A stretch of 64,000 nt of DNA from a virus, in the IMG/VR virus record IMGVR_UViG_3300043419_000731, positions 56,466-120,465 of that record; one strand, written 5' to 3'. Numbering within the stretch: the first letter of the stretch is position 1; each line of letters starts with the position of its first letter. A program made the translations under genes and the position numbers. The notes beneath the pieces are model-generated. The model was not told the DNA's origin, ran no database searches, and saw only the letters and a program-made list of their open reading frames with translations. Below, in pieces: positions 1 through 8,791 of this stretch.

Positions 1-142
1 CAATTGCTTGTGCTTCTGCCAACTCCTGCTCAGCAATGAGCATTAGATTCTTTAGTTCACCGTGCATGATGTCAAGGCCTGATACTCCTGCGTTGACCAT
101 GCGCTGTAGGTGTGGCGGTAGTCCGATGTCTTCTGAATTCAT
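1..142 (-). CDS. hypothetical protein, runs off window start (MNSEDIGLPPHLQRMVNAG...)
   Basis: Hand-translated; ATG overlaps the stop of the upstream ORF; open to position 1. Confidence 0.65.
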   Translation of the reverse strand, partial: MNSEDIGLPPHLQRMVNAGVSGLDIMHGELKNLMLIAEQELAEAQAI

Positions 143-273
143 TACATATCTCCTTCTGATAGAGTTAGCCAAGTAGTACAGTATTTGCAGTGGTCCATTT
201 TTAGCGGGGAAGTAACAGAATGAGTACTATCAATAATAGACTCAATCTTGTCTAGAACATCATCCAATGTCAT
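142..273 (-). CDS. 43-aa hypothetical protein (MTLDDVLDKIES...)
   Basis: Hand-translated; AACGAAAGG leader and TGTCAG-N10-TATAAT promoter (301-322) upstream. Confidence 0.65.
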   Translation of the reverse strand: MTLDDVLDKIESIIDSTHSVTSPLKMDHCKYCTTWLTLSEGDM

Positions 274-455
274 TATTCATACCTTTCGTTTGAAGAGTTC
301 ATTATATCAGTGGCCACTGACAAAAGGTGCTTGGTTGCATAAATCTGTCCTTCTATATCTACCACATGGATAGAACAAGGATTCTCCTCTAGGTCTTGTT
401 CTAAACTAATTAGATGCAACTTCATATATTCTAGGAAGTATGATGATCGTGTCAT
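273..455 (-). CDS. hypothetical protein
   Basis: ORF track; tightly packed with neighbours, but its 3' part overlaps a promoter motif. Confidence 0.5.
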   Translation of the reverse strand: MTRSSYFLEYMKLHLISLEQDLEENPCSIHVVDIEGQIYATKHLLSVATDIMNSSNERYE

Positions 456-456
456 C

Positions 457-729
457 CTATGCCTCCAGCTTCATTCTAATAATGTCATATGCGTCAATCG
501 CACCTGCTGAATAATCATTCATTTCGTTGTCGCCTTCTTCTTCATATTGCTTACGCAATTCAGTTAGTTCAGCAATTCGACCTTCTGCAAATTTGCGGAG
601 GGTATCAATAACATCTAAAGCAGCACATTCTCCGCAATAGGCATTGTAGTCTTCTTCTTCTGTATATGGAATAGATGTTCCACAATCATTACACCAAGAC
701 TCATCGCGCATTCCCATTATTCTCCCCAT
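457..729 (-). CDS. hypothetical protein with CxxC...CxxC zinc-ribbon motif
   Basis: WCNDCG...YCGECA; acidic; operon packing. Confidence 0.7.
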   Translation of the reverse strand: MGRIMGMRDESWCNDCGTSIPYTEEEDYNAYCGECAALDVIDTLRKFAEGRIAELTELRKQYEEEGDNEMNDYSAGAIDAYDIIRMKLEA

Positions 730-902
730 GGCCCTTCAATAAGTCCTTCTTGATATGCAGCAATAATATTCATGGTTTCATGAAGAATGCAATCGCAATC
801 TCCACCGTTCATGTTTTCCATAAATTCAAAATGAGAATAGTTATCCTCATAGATAGCAGTAACTAGTTCATGAATTGCATATGGTTTTGTATCACTCTTC
901 AT
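717..902 (-). CDS. hypothetical protein
   Basis: ORF track; overlaps flanking genes in operon fashion. Confidence 0.6.
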   Translation of the reverse strand: MKSDTKPYAIHELVTAIYEDNYSHFEFMENMNGGDCDCILHETMNIIAAYQEGLIEGPWGE

Positions 903-1620
903 TTGATTCTACCTTTCGATATTCAGGGACATTGGTTTCTAAGTATATAGCATGGGTCTGACATCCTGCGACAGACTCTAGGTCTGCCTCACCAAGCCAG
1001 TTACATTTAGAACAGATTTGATTGTCACAATCTTCACACCACTCTAGGGTATCAATAGCATCACAATCACGGCACTTAGTGTCATATTCTGATTCTGAGA
1101 TAACTACACCACGGAGAATCTCACATTCTCCACCCCAGCCTGTTTCTTCCTCATATGATAAAGTAAATAGTAATGTTGGGTATTGTGCAGATAGTTTTTG
1201 TAGGGCAGGCATAGGGCGTGACCATGCTGTATTAAAGTTATAATAAACTACTTTGTTATCGCCATTAGCGACAGGCCCTTCAATATATGTATCAGGAAAC
1301 TTTTCTAGTTCAGATACAGCCACATCCCATTTGGTACCCCATTCACGGTTATTGAAGTTGTACCAATCGTTGCCCTCAAATGCCAAACTAAACTTTTCGG
1401 GGAAGACAGGTTGCGAATGATATGCATCAAGGTCGGTAGGTGCAATAATGTTGCGGAAACTAAAGATAGGATTAGGATACTTGCGTTGTTCCACAGAATA
1501 AGCCAAATCACCATTAGGTTTAATAGAATCTACAAATGGTGTATTCATCTGTTCAACTAATTTATCTACTTGCTCAGGATTACCCTCAATAGTTAATCCA
1601 TTATATACCCAGTTTGGCAT
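892..1620 (-). CDS. YubB/DUF1281-like ferredoxin-fold protein with C-terminal zinc ribbon
   Basis: MPNWVYN start after AACGAAAGG; WGTKWD and FNTAWSRP motifs; CRDC/CEDC/CSKC tail. Start moved from 1704 to 1620. Confidence 0.7.
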   Translation of the reverse strand: MPNWVYNGLTIEGNPEQVDKLVEQMNTPFVDSIKPNGDLAYSVEQRKYPNPIFSFRNIIAPTDLDAYHSQPVFPEKFSLAFEGNDWYNFNNREWGTKWDVAVSELEKFPDTYIEGPVANGDNKVVYYNFNTAWSRPMPALQKLSAQYPTLLFTLSYEEETGWGGECEILRGVVISESEYDTKCRDCDAIDTLEWCEDCDNQICSKCNWLGEADLESVAGCQTHAIYLETNVPEYRKVESNEE

Positions 1621-1799
1621 ATTTATCCTTTCGTTTGATATATGAGAATTATACACTGGACCACTGACAAATGGAATACATATGCCCTGTGTTCTACACC
1701 ACATGGATCAGAGCTGATCCCATATTGTGAAATTTTCAGGGAATTTACTTGACACCCGTAAAAGAGATATGTTACCCTCAGTCTTTGCGGGCAAATAGA

Positions 1800-1825
1800 A
1801 ATCCCCCAGTCAAAGCTGGGGGATT
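1800..1825 (-). terminator. intrinsic terminator-like hairpin
   Basis: Perfect 10-bp stem AATCCCCCAG/CTGGGGGATT, 6-nt loop, weak T-tract on minus strand. Confidence 0.6.
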
Positions 1826-1926
1826 ATGAATATGGCTGCCTGGATTTCCAACGAAAGAAATAAACCCGCTTTACTTAGCACCTGGCCCGTAGACTAGTAG
1901 ATGCACCATTTCATTTCCTATTAAAA

Positions 1927-1945
1927 CCAGGACCCAAGGTCCTGG
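1927..1945 (-). terminator. hairpin, possible terminator of the 1961-2326 operon
   Basis: 8-bp stem CCAGGACC/GGTCCTGG followed by TTTT on minus strand. Confidence 0.5.
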
Positions 1946-1960
1946 ATTAATTATAGCATA

Positions 1961-2326
1961 TTACTCAACTGAAACTAGGGAGTACTTGTCTACAAAGGAT
2001 GAGAGACTAGTTGAAAATACTTCCGTAGTCAGGTCCTCTTCCATTAGTGTAAATGTCTTCTTATTCCAGTCAATGATTGGTACCCTGTGCTCATTATCTG
2101 CTAACTCATTAACGGTAATGCCCCAGCCAGTGGTTGACTGCCATTCTTCATTAATTAAATTAGAGATAGCAATGCGTGTTGCATATGATTCATCAGACCA
2201 CCTTGGCTCTGCTGCTCGTACAGCGCTAGCCAAATTCTGCAACATCATGTGCCCCGCCCAGTGTCCATACAAAAACACTGTATCGCCCTTGCGGTCTTTA
2301 AACCCAAAGTTTGCTCTGTCGCCCAT
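1961..2326 (-). CDS. conserved-looking phage hypothetical protein (LYGHW motif)
   Basis: ORF track; globular-looking 121 aa. Confidence 0.75.
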   Translation of the reverse strand: MGDRANFGFKDRKGDTVFLYGHWAGHMMLQNLASAVRAAEPRWSDESYATRIAISNLINEEWQSTTGWGITVNELADNEHRVPIIDWNKKTFTLMEEDLTTEVFSTSLSSFVDKYSLVSVE

Positions 2327-2327
2327 T

Positions 2328-2525
2328 TTATTCCGCCGTTTCTAGTTGTGGTGTTACTTCTACCTTGTTCAATTCTATCACTTCATAGGCCGCTCTGTCT
2401 AGGCCCCTTTTATTGCTGTTATAATGATGGCCACAGAAAGCAAGCTCTCCGCCAACTAGTTTAACTAGATACATAGAGTCTGCAGATCCGCAGGCATCGC
2501 ATGGAATATATTCTCTATCTCTCAT
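2328..2525 (-). CDS. small zinc-finger protein
   Basis: CDACG...FCGHH motif. Confidence 0.7.
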   Translation of the reverse strand: MRDREYIPCDACGSADSMYLVKLVGGELAFCGHHYNSNKRGLDRAAYEVIELNKVEVTPQLETAE

Positions 2526-2668
2526 AGAGAGCCACCCTCAATCATTTCTGCAAGGCGGTCAAGAATCCATGTATCGATATCAGCGATATCAATCTCTGCA
2601 AGCTTTTCCATAAGTTCCTCACGAGCAAACTTATATCCATCCTCAAAGCCATCTTTATAATCTGACAT
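2522..2668 (-). CDS. 48-aa acidic hypothetical protein (MSDYKDGFEDGYKFARE...)
   Basis: Hand-translated; AGGAG RBS; ATGA overlap with next gene. Confidence 0.7.
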   Translation of the reverse strand: MSDYKDGFEDGYKFAREELMEKLAEIDIADIDTWILDRLAEMIEGGSL

Positions 2669-2676
2669 CTTATCTC

Positions 2677-2880
2677 CTAATATCCTGTCGCTTCTTTATC
2701 TGACCAGTATGATTCTGTTAAACCATACTTATCACGAATGCGACTTACTTTCTCAATACTACCAGTTCCGATATTGAATGTCAATGGTCCGCATTGTTCT
2801 GGGTCCAAACCAATCAACTCCGCTTCCCAGGTAGCCCGTGCAAAGGCTACCTGAGATGGAGCAGTTAATTCAAAATACAT
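2677..2880 (-). CDS. hypothetical protein
   Basis: ORF track; start overlaps upstream stop. Confidence 0.7.
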   Translation of the reverse strand: MYFELTAPSQVAFARATWEAELIGLDPEQCGPLTFNIGTGSIEKVSRIRDKYGLTESYWSDKEATGY

Positions 2881-3494
2881 TAGTACGCACCTTCTTCTAC
2901 TCGGTCAATCTCAAAGTTATTCACAGACATTTCTGATGCATATGAATCAACAGTTAGATTAGAAGATACAAAGTCTTCGATACCGTCAAAGTCACCTGTC
3001 AAATCAACTTCAACAGTTGCATCAACACGAACCCAAACAGTAACTTCAATTTCCTTGGTTAGAGGAACATCGAACATCTCTGCAATCTCAGCCAATGATT
3101 CTTGGTCTGATGAATCTGCGTAGTTCTCTTCAAGGAATGTACGGAGTTGTGATTCCTTGCGGTACCACTGGTTCTGCTTCTCAGTAAGATTCTTAAGTTG
3201 CCAAACCATGTGACGAATATCTGATTCAGTATATGTTTTAGTAATTAGGTCATCACCCTCGACCCACTGCAACTGCATTGTTACTGGTGTTGTTGTTTCT
3301 TCCATTGTTTCCTCTTTCGTTGTTGTTGTAGAAGGAATTGTAGCATCGACCACTGACAAAAGGATGCAGGCGGTCCCGCATCTGCAAGTGAGGTCCATCA
3401 CACCATTAGGCCATCCATAGCCATCCTTAAATGTGTATTCAATTAATGCATCACAATCACCTGGGCATATCCAGGTATATTTCTGATAGTTCAT
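2880..3494 (-). CDS. hypothetical protein, Cys-containing N-terminus and acidic C-terminus
   Basis: Start MNYQKY after AACGAAAGAGGG; promoter at 3520-3541. Confidence 0.75.
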   Translation of the reverse strand: MNYQKYTWICPGDCDALIEYTFKDGYGWPNGVMDLTCRCGTACILLSVVDATIPSTTTTKEETMEETTTPVTMQLQWVEGDDLITKTYTESDIRHMVWQLKNLTEKQNQWYRKESQLRTFLEENYADSSDQESLAEIAEMFDVPLTKEIEVTVWVRVDATVEVDLTGDFDGIEDFVSSNLTVDSYASEMSVNNFEIDRVEEGAY

Positions 3495-3646
3495 TTTCCC
3501 TCTTTCGTTGTATAGGAGTATTATAGGGCATAGCACTGACAAATGGAATAGTTTTCAGGGATTTTCTTTGTGATCCGTAACACAAAAAACTGGCCTTCCC
3601 TATTGCGGGCGCATACTTATGCATTGATATGCATAAATATGTTTTG

Positions 3647-3720
3647 CGATCCATAACGGACTTGAACCGTCGACCTCTACCGTGACAGGGTAGCGCTCTA
3701 ACCAACTGAGCTAATGGACC
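3647..3720 (-). tRNA. tRNA-Asp (GTC)
   Basis: GGTCCAT/ATGGATC acceptor stem, AGTTGGTTAG D-loop, CT-GTC-AC anticodon loop, GGTTCAAGTCC T-arm. Confidence 0.92.
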
Positions 3721-3763
3721 AATAAGGTGAGCAGTTTTAAATCTTGCTCAGGATTATTTTTAT

Positions 3764-4768
3764 TTAGAAAGTTGCAACCATTCGATACAACTTATTTTTT
3801 TCTGCGGTAAGAACAGGGTCAAATCCTGATGCACCCGCCATAAGTGATTCAGAGTTGCCACGCCCTGAACGATAGTAATCTAGGCGCTCAGTTAGCGCAT
3901 TGAATGCGCCCCACTTTGTGCCCTTGATTGTGGCGTTAGTTGGTGAGTTATGATAAAGGTCATCGATTAGGACAACTTTATTTTCCCACTTCTTGATTGC
4001 GCCCTTAGCATCTTTCTCAGGCTTTGGATAGATTGTCTGAATCAACTTTGAGAATTCAGCATCGGTGATTGCTTGAGAATAAAGTGCTTGAGCATTCTTC
4101 TCAAATTCATCAAAGTATCCAAGCGCAAGCCCAAGAGTTTCACGAGCAACTTGAATGCGACCTTCAACAGATTGCGTGTGGCGAATCTTGAAAGATTGCT
4201 TAGCGCTCTTCATTGCAAGGTTGAGAGTGTTTTGGCATACAACACGAACAGGGGTAACCGCTGCTTGAACAGCAACAGAACCATCGTGTGATGTCCATAC
4301 GATTAGATATAACTTGGTTTCGTCATTGGCGCCTTGTGGGTCAAGAACCATTGTGCGAGGAATATCCACAGTGCCGAATACAACTTTGCCCTGCTTAAGA
4401 GAACCAGCAGATTCCCAACGGCAGTCAGCGTTAGCATCGTGAATTGCATCAGCGAATGCAAACAATTCTTCATTCTGCACAGGCTTGTAGCGCTTACCAA
4501 CAGTAGCAAGAACATCAGTTCCGCCATTGAATGGGTTATCACGCAACACGAGAGATGCAGTTGAAACATCATTCCAAGATTCTGGAATATGCTCAGCGAT
4601 TGGAGAAAGACGAACATTCCAATTTGCTAACTTTGCTTCTTCAAGCATTGTTGCAGTTGTAACTTCTTCATCTTGTGTAAAGATGCGGTTTGCAAGGTTG
4701 TGCCAAGCAGGAGCACCACGGAGAGCGAATGCAACTTCGCCATTTTCGACTTCGAGATTATGAGCCAT
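3764..4768 (-). CDS. DUF932 family phage/plasmid protein
   Basis: MAHNLE, PAWHNL, YKPVQNEELF, WESAGSL, SHDGS, VRVVCQNTL, RHT, TKWGAFNALTE motifs. Confidence 0.88.
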   Translation of the reverse strand: MAHNLEVENGEVAFALRGAPAWHNLANRIFTQDEEVTTATMLEEAKLANWNVRLSPIAEHIPESWNDVSTASLVLRDNPFNGGTDVLATVGKRYKPVQNEELFAFADAIHDANADCRWESAGSLKQGKVVFGTVDIPRTMVLDPQGANDETKLYLIVWTSHDGSVAVQAAVTPVRVVCQNTLNLAMKSAKQSFKIRHTQSVEGRIQVARETLGLALGYFDEFEKNAQALYSQAITDAEFSKLIQTIYPKPEKDAKGAIKKWENKVVLIDDLYHNSPTNATIKGTKWGAFNALTERLDYYRSGRGNSESLMAGASGFDPVLTAEKNKLYRMVATF

Positions 4769-4857
4769 TTTTTGCCTTTCGTTTGGTTGATTAAGCAATT
4801 ATAACAGGTGGGTCTGACATTTACAAGGTTAGTTAGTCATTTGTCCGAATTGTCTGA

Positions 4858-4935
4858 CGTGATCAATCTCACAAATTTTCAGGGTTTTCCACAGATCCCC
4901 GTAACGCTGTGGATAACCCCGCAAAAGCGGGGGCC
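4858..4935. repeat. composite intergenic element copy A (CRP-type site, AATTTTCAGGG, two DnaA-box-like 9-mers, CAAAAG-G-rich tail)
   Basis: CGTGA-N6-TCACA 4858-4873; TTTTCCACA 4885-4893; TGTGGATAA 4908-4916. Confidence 0.8.
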
Positions 4936-4945
4936 GAGCTGGGGA

Positions 4946-5206
4946 TTAACTCCCCAACTCTACCTTAGTCGCATTTCGAATTATGTTTTTATTAAATTCA
5001 ACTGTCTTCTCATCAAGAAACATTGCAGTTGTCTTTTTCTTTTTTACATTATCAAAAACGTAAGCATTTACTTTGCCGCTAAAGTTTCTGATGTTACTGA
5101 ATACTAATTCAGTTAAGTATTCTTTATCAACACCTTGATCCGAATAAATCGTGATGTCGTTCATTTTGTTTGCATCGTAGATTTCTACTCTGAAACGATT
5201 TGCCAT
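4946..5206 (-). CDS. hypothetical protein
   Basis: ORF track; AAAGG RBS. Confidence 0.75.
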   Translation of the reverse strand: MANRFRVEIYDANKMNDITIYSDQGVDKEYLTELVFSNIRNFSGKVNAYVFDNVKKKKTTAMFLDEKTVEFNKNIIRNATKVELGS

Positions 5207-5277
5207 TGTATTACCTTTGTTAGTAGTTGTCCCCGAAGGGAGAGCAGTTTGGCGACATACTCAGGTCGTTGGATTAG

Positions 5278-5694
5278 TTAGAGATAACGAGCAATTTGCT
5301 TCATTGTTGAAGCATTAACTGTTTCCTCATCTGTCATCTTTAGAATTGTGAGAGCATTTGTGATGTCCTCTACAATTTCGTTGTATGAGTGCTGGTGCAT
5401 AATTGTAAAATCACGCTGTGGCTCTGTTGGCAAATCTTTCTCTGCAACTGTCAAATCAAAGTCAATGTTGAGAGTGTTATTCCAAGAGCGATAAGAAGTG
5501 CGAAGGTTCTCTGACTTCTTGATGTTTGCGATTGCATAATCCTGAAGTTCCTTCTGCCAAATCTTACGAGCCTTTTCATACTTAGCCTCGTTTGCGCCTT
5601 GCTCAGCATACTCTTTCTTGATTGTTGCTAACTTTGTTTCCAAAGCCTTAATTACCTTTGGTGTTGCCACCTTTACTGTGATTGCTCTTGACAT
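5278..5694 (-). CDS. hypothetical coiled-coil protein
   Basis: ORF track; leader motif and promoter 5730-5751. Confidence 0.8.
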   Translation of the reverse strand: MSRAITVKVATPKVIKALETKLATIKKEYAEQGANEAKYEKARKIWQKELQDYAIANIKKSENLRTSYRSWNNTLNIDFDLTVAEKDLPTEPQRDFTIMHQHSYNEIVEDITNALTILKMTDEETVNASTMKQIARYL

Positions 5695-5833
5695 TTTTCC
5701 TCTTTCGTTGGTTGGTTGATGTTATGAGTATTATAGCAGGGGGGTCTGACATTTCCCCCGAAGGGGGGAGAGTTCTTACTTACGACATTGGGCTAGAACA
5801 CTCTCCTAAACTGCCCCTGTTTCGATTATTTAG

Positions 5834-6010
5834 TTATACTAGAGAACTTGCTGAAACTGTTGTCCAGCGTGTTTCCTTCGTTGGCATTTCTAGCAACACA
5901 CGCACCGAGCCAGATGCTTGTGGGTGGATTTCTTTAATCACACCTGTCTTCTTTGACTTGAGGGTGGTGAATAAATCTCCAACCTGATACAACTTGTCTT
6001 GTATTGTCAT
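5834..6010 (-). CDS. small SH3/KOW-like hypothetical protein
   Basis: YQVGDLF...KTGVIKEI...VRVLL pattern; start MTIQDK after promoter 6039-6060. Confidence 0.65.
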   Translation of the reverse strand: MTIQDKLYQVGDLFTTLKSKKTGVIKEIHPQASGSVRVLLEMPTKETRWTTVSASSLV

Positions 6011-6109
6011 TTGCTTCCTTCTTTCTGTGTAGGGTAGTATTGTAGCATTGGGGTCTGACATCTGTCTAGCCCTATCTCACTATTTGAGAGAATTATTGTG
6101 TGATTAGTA

Positions 6110-6250
6110 TCACAAGTAGTCGGTTAGGTCGCCATCCATTATTTCGCTGACATCCACGCCTTCAGACTCAGCAATTGCATCCCATAGATCGGATTCTGTA
6201 AAATCTCCTTCAGGGTGCCACTCAGCTAAAATCTCATAGACATTACTCAT
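6110..6250 (-). CDS. 46-aa acidic hypothetical protein (MSNVYEILAEWHPEG...)
   Basis: Hand-translated; overlaps upstream gene end. Confidence 0.65.
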   Translation of the reverse strand: MSNVYEILAEWHPEGDFTESDLWDAIAESEGVDVSEIMDGDLTDYL

Positions 6251-6518
6251 CGTAGTCCTCCTGTGGTAGCCAAGCATCTAGGTGGTGAGCATCTACGATA
6301 GCCGATGCAGGGCAAGTATCTTGACCTCGCCAAAATACGCCTTCAGGAAGGCTAATCTCACGGGAGTAGTCCTCCTCATAGTATGCGTCAATTGCTTCGA
6401 TGCAAGCATCTACCATAGCGACGGGGACGGGTGGATAATGATTAGCCTGAAGGTGATAAGCAAGTCCAGCCTCAAGTGATAAATCTTCTGCAAGTCCTAC
6501 TGCGGTTGTGTATCCCAT
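6243..6518 (-). CDS. hypothetical protein
   Basis: HLQANHYPPVP motif; promoter 6551-6572. Confidence 0.75.
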   Translation of the reverse strand: MGYTTAVGLAEDLSLEAGLAYHLQANHYPPVPVAMVDACIEAIDAYYEEDYSREISLPEGVFWRGQDTCPASAIVDAHHLDAWLPQEDYDE

Positions 6519-6592
6519 TTTATTTCCTTTGTTCGTTGGTTGATAAGAGTATTGTATCAGGGGGCACTGACATTATCAGTGCCCCCATTAGA

Positions 6593-6811
6593 TTATTTAG
6601 AGATAGATAGTTCTGCCCAAGAGTAGCCCGTGTTTGCAACTTCCAAAACCTTTGCTATTTCTAGTGCAGCGTGTGTTGCTTCTGAACACATCTTTGTAAG
6701 TTCATCCTCAGATAAAGATAATAGGGCAGGCAGTAATCGAGCCTCAATTTTATCTAGGTCAATAGTAGCCATAAAACTAACTGTGTGTGGTACTTTCATT
6801 ACATTAGCCAT
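6593..6811 (-). CDS. hypothetical protein
   Basis: Leader AACGAAAGG; promoter 6841-6862. Confidence 0.7.
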   Translation of the reverse strand: MANVMKVPHTVSFMATIDLDKIEARLLPALLSLSEDELTKMCSEATHAALEIAKVLEVANTGYSWAELSISK

Positions 6812-6895
6812 TTGTTGCCTTTCGTTGTTGGTATGAGAGTATTATAGCCGAAGCCACTGACATTTCATAATCCATTTACGGCGTGTCGCAGCTTT

Positions 6896-6975
6896 TGTGA
6901 GAATGATCACAAATTTTCAGGGTCTGTGGATAACTCCCGTAAGCCTGTGGAAAACCCCCCACAAAAGAGAGGGCC
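6896..6975. repeat. composite intergenic element copy B
   Basis: TGTGA-N6-TCACA 6896-6911; TGTGGATAA 6925-6933; TGTGGAAAA 6946-6954. Confidence 0.8.
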
Positions 6976-7089
6976 TGCATATTTATTCAGTCTTCTGAAT
7001 ATCTATGCTTGCGCTTTCGTGTATATTTTTTCTTATTGCGAACAGGGGTTGCGGCATTTGATCTCCGCAACTCCTGCACACGCTTAATT

Positions 7090-7194
7090 CTATTCAACAC
7101 ATTTGCATTTCTTAACACTTAACACATCTCCTTCAATATATACCGCACCAAAATCTTCACAACTATCACACACAAACATTTCTACCAGTTGCAT
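7090..7194 (-). CDS. 34-aa Cys-rich microprotein (MQLVEMFVCDSCEDFG...KCKC)
   Basis: Hand-translated; CxxC...CxC. Confidence 0.6.
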   Translation of the reverse strand: MQLVEMFVCDSCEDFGAVYIEGDVLSVKKCKCVE

Positions 7195-7380
7195 TTATTT
7201 AGCCGCCTTCATCTTGTAGTTACTTGCTTCGTGAAATCTTACGACATCAAATCGTGGATTATCTTTTGCAAACATCTCCGCAAAATCTGTAACGACCTTA
7301 GAAAATAAAGCGGGGTGAGTTTTGTTGCTCATATAGTTTAGAATTTCGGCAGTTGCCACATAATCTTTGCGAGTCATCAT
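7195..7380 (-). CDS. small hypothetical protein, paralog of 8262-8447
   Basis: MTRKDY...DNPRFD...F.EA. Confidence 0.75.
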   Translation of the reverse strand: MMTRKDYVATAEILNYMSNKTHPALFSKVVTDFAEMFAKDNPRFDVVRFHEASNYKMKAAK

Positions 7381-7583
7381 TTTGTTACGACCTTTCGTCC
7401 TTCACGATAAAATATGCGTGTATACATTTTGCCAGTTGGCATTTGGAGATTTACAGTTGCGTATTCATTAGCCCAACCCCAATCAACAAAATTGTTAAAT
7501 GCGGTGAAAGCCTCTAAAGCGTCGGCATAGTTCTTATTGAAGTGGATAGGCTTGCTATCATATGAAACAGATATCTGATACAT
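7377..7583 (-). CDS. hypothetical protein
   Basis: Promoter 7616-7637, GAAAGG RBS. Confidence 0.7.
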   Translation of the reverse strand: MYQISVSYDSKPIHFNKNYADALEAFTAFNNFVDWGWANEYATVNLQMPTGKMYTRIFYREGRKVVTK

Positions 7584-7639
7584 ATAGTTTTCCTTTCGTA
7601 GTTATTTATAGAGATATTATAGCGGAGAGGTCTGACAAA

Positions 7640-7804
7640 TTAGTCTTCGCACTCGCAAGGCTTGGAGTAATCAAACTCGCAGAAGTAACAGCCTTGATAT
7701 TCATCATGTGCCTTGCACACATATCGGAATTGCATTTCATCGCAACAGAAGTGCGATTCATCTAGAACCGAATAAAACTCGGTTTGGTCAATTACATCTA
7801 TCAT
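7640..7804 (-). CDS. 54-aa Cys/His-rich microprotein (..HFCCDE..VCKAH..GCYFCE..PCEC)
   Basis: Hand-translated; 7 Cys. Confidence 0.65.
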   Translation of the reverse strand: MIDVIDQTEFYSVLDESHFCCDEMQFRYVCKAHDEYQGCYFCEFDYSKPCECED

Positions 7805-8005
7805 TTATTCCCCCGTATTCACCGCTACATAGCGGTATGTATCTTTAATTGAATTGGTAGGGCGAACCTGAACCTTGTAGGTATCTGCATTTGCATACCA
7901 GACATCATCATTTTTTTCTGCGGAGATAATCTCACCCTTTACAGAATTAGAGTAATACATTTTTCCCACTAGTAGGGACTCGACTGAATAAGCATTGGCT
8001 GACAT
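7805..8005 (-). CDS. hypothetical protein
   Basis: Promoter 8038-8059 and leader motif. Confidence 0.7.
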   Translation of the reverse strand: MSANAYSVESLLVGKMYYSNSVKGEIISAEKNDDVWYANADTYKVQVRPTNSIKDTYRYVAVNTGE

Positions 8006-8261
8006 AGTGCCACCTCTTTCGTTGTTGTTATATGGATATTATAGCCTATGGGACTGACAAAGTGTTAATTTGGCAAGGTTTTATCTCAATATGTGGAGCG
8101 TGGGCTATGTGATTAGCATCACATCAAAATGTCCGAATTGTCTGTCAAATCGACACGCCGCAAATTTTCAGGGTTTCTGTAACAATCACGTAACGACACG
8201 CCCGACCCCGTGCTTTTGCGGGCGGATCAACTTTTGTCAAGTCGACACGCCGTGATCTTAG

Positions 8262-8447
8262 TCACCTTTCTGCATAAACGGCTTCTTTAAACTTAGCTCG
8301 ATCAAAACGGGGATTGTCTTCCTCGAATATGTCGCACATATTATTAACTAGAAACTTTCTAGCCTCATAACTAAACATCTCGGCGGGGAAACCATGATTC
8401 ATTGAATTAAATAAACCTGCAATACGCACATAATCTTTTCTAGTCAT
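8262..8447 (-). CDS. small hypothetical protein, paralog of 7195-7380
   Basis: MTRKDY...DNPRFDRAKFKEA. Confidence 0.75.
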   Translation of the reverse strand: MTRKDYVRIAGLFNSMNHGFPAEMFSYEARKFLVNNMCDIFEEDNPRFDRAKFKEAVYAER

Positions 8448-8569
8448 TAGAGAGCACCTTCCTGAAATAATCCGATTTCTAAATTAAGTAATTCTTCTGG
8501 TGTTGCATCTTCTAAATCAACCCAGCCAGCACCTTCGTCATCAAGACGGAAAAATTCAATGTGTCCCAT
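8447..8569 (-). CDS. 40-aa acidic microprotein (MGHIEFFRLDDEGAGW...)
   Basis: Hand-translated; TAATG coupling on both sides. Confidence 0.65.
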   Translation of the reverse strand: MGHIEFFRLDDEGAGWVDLEDATPEELLNLEIGLFQEGAL

Positions 8570-8697
8570 TAGTTAGCCTCCTCTGTTCCGAACAATGCAG
8601 ACATTGTAGCGTTAGCCTGTGACATTGTAGCGATAGCCTTCTGAAGGCTTGCCTTGCGTTGCGCTTCTATGTGCGCCTTGTATTCTTCTAGGTTCAT
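8569..8697 (-). CDS. 42-aa helical microprotein (MNLEEYKAHIEAQRK...)
   Basis: Hand-translated; promoter 8731-8752 and leader motif. Confidence 0.7.
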   Translation of the reverse strand: MNLEEYKAHIEAQRKASLQKAIATMSQANATMSALFGTEEAN

Positions 8698-8791
8698 TAC
8701 TGACCTTCTTTCGTTGTTGTTATAGTAGGAATTATAGCGGAAGGGTCTGACAAATACCAGACGACACGCCGTGTTTTAAGAAATTCTTTTT

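Noticed and set aside
1826-1945. Cobalamin riboswitch (genome has B12-dependent nrdJ)
   Set aside because: Core GGGAA/CCGG/ACTG elements not found in the right order; not upstream of nrdJ
3457-3705. 82-aa minus-strand ORF
   Set aside because: Overlaps tRNA-Asp, a promoter and the next gene; it is largely the translated tRNA sequence
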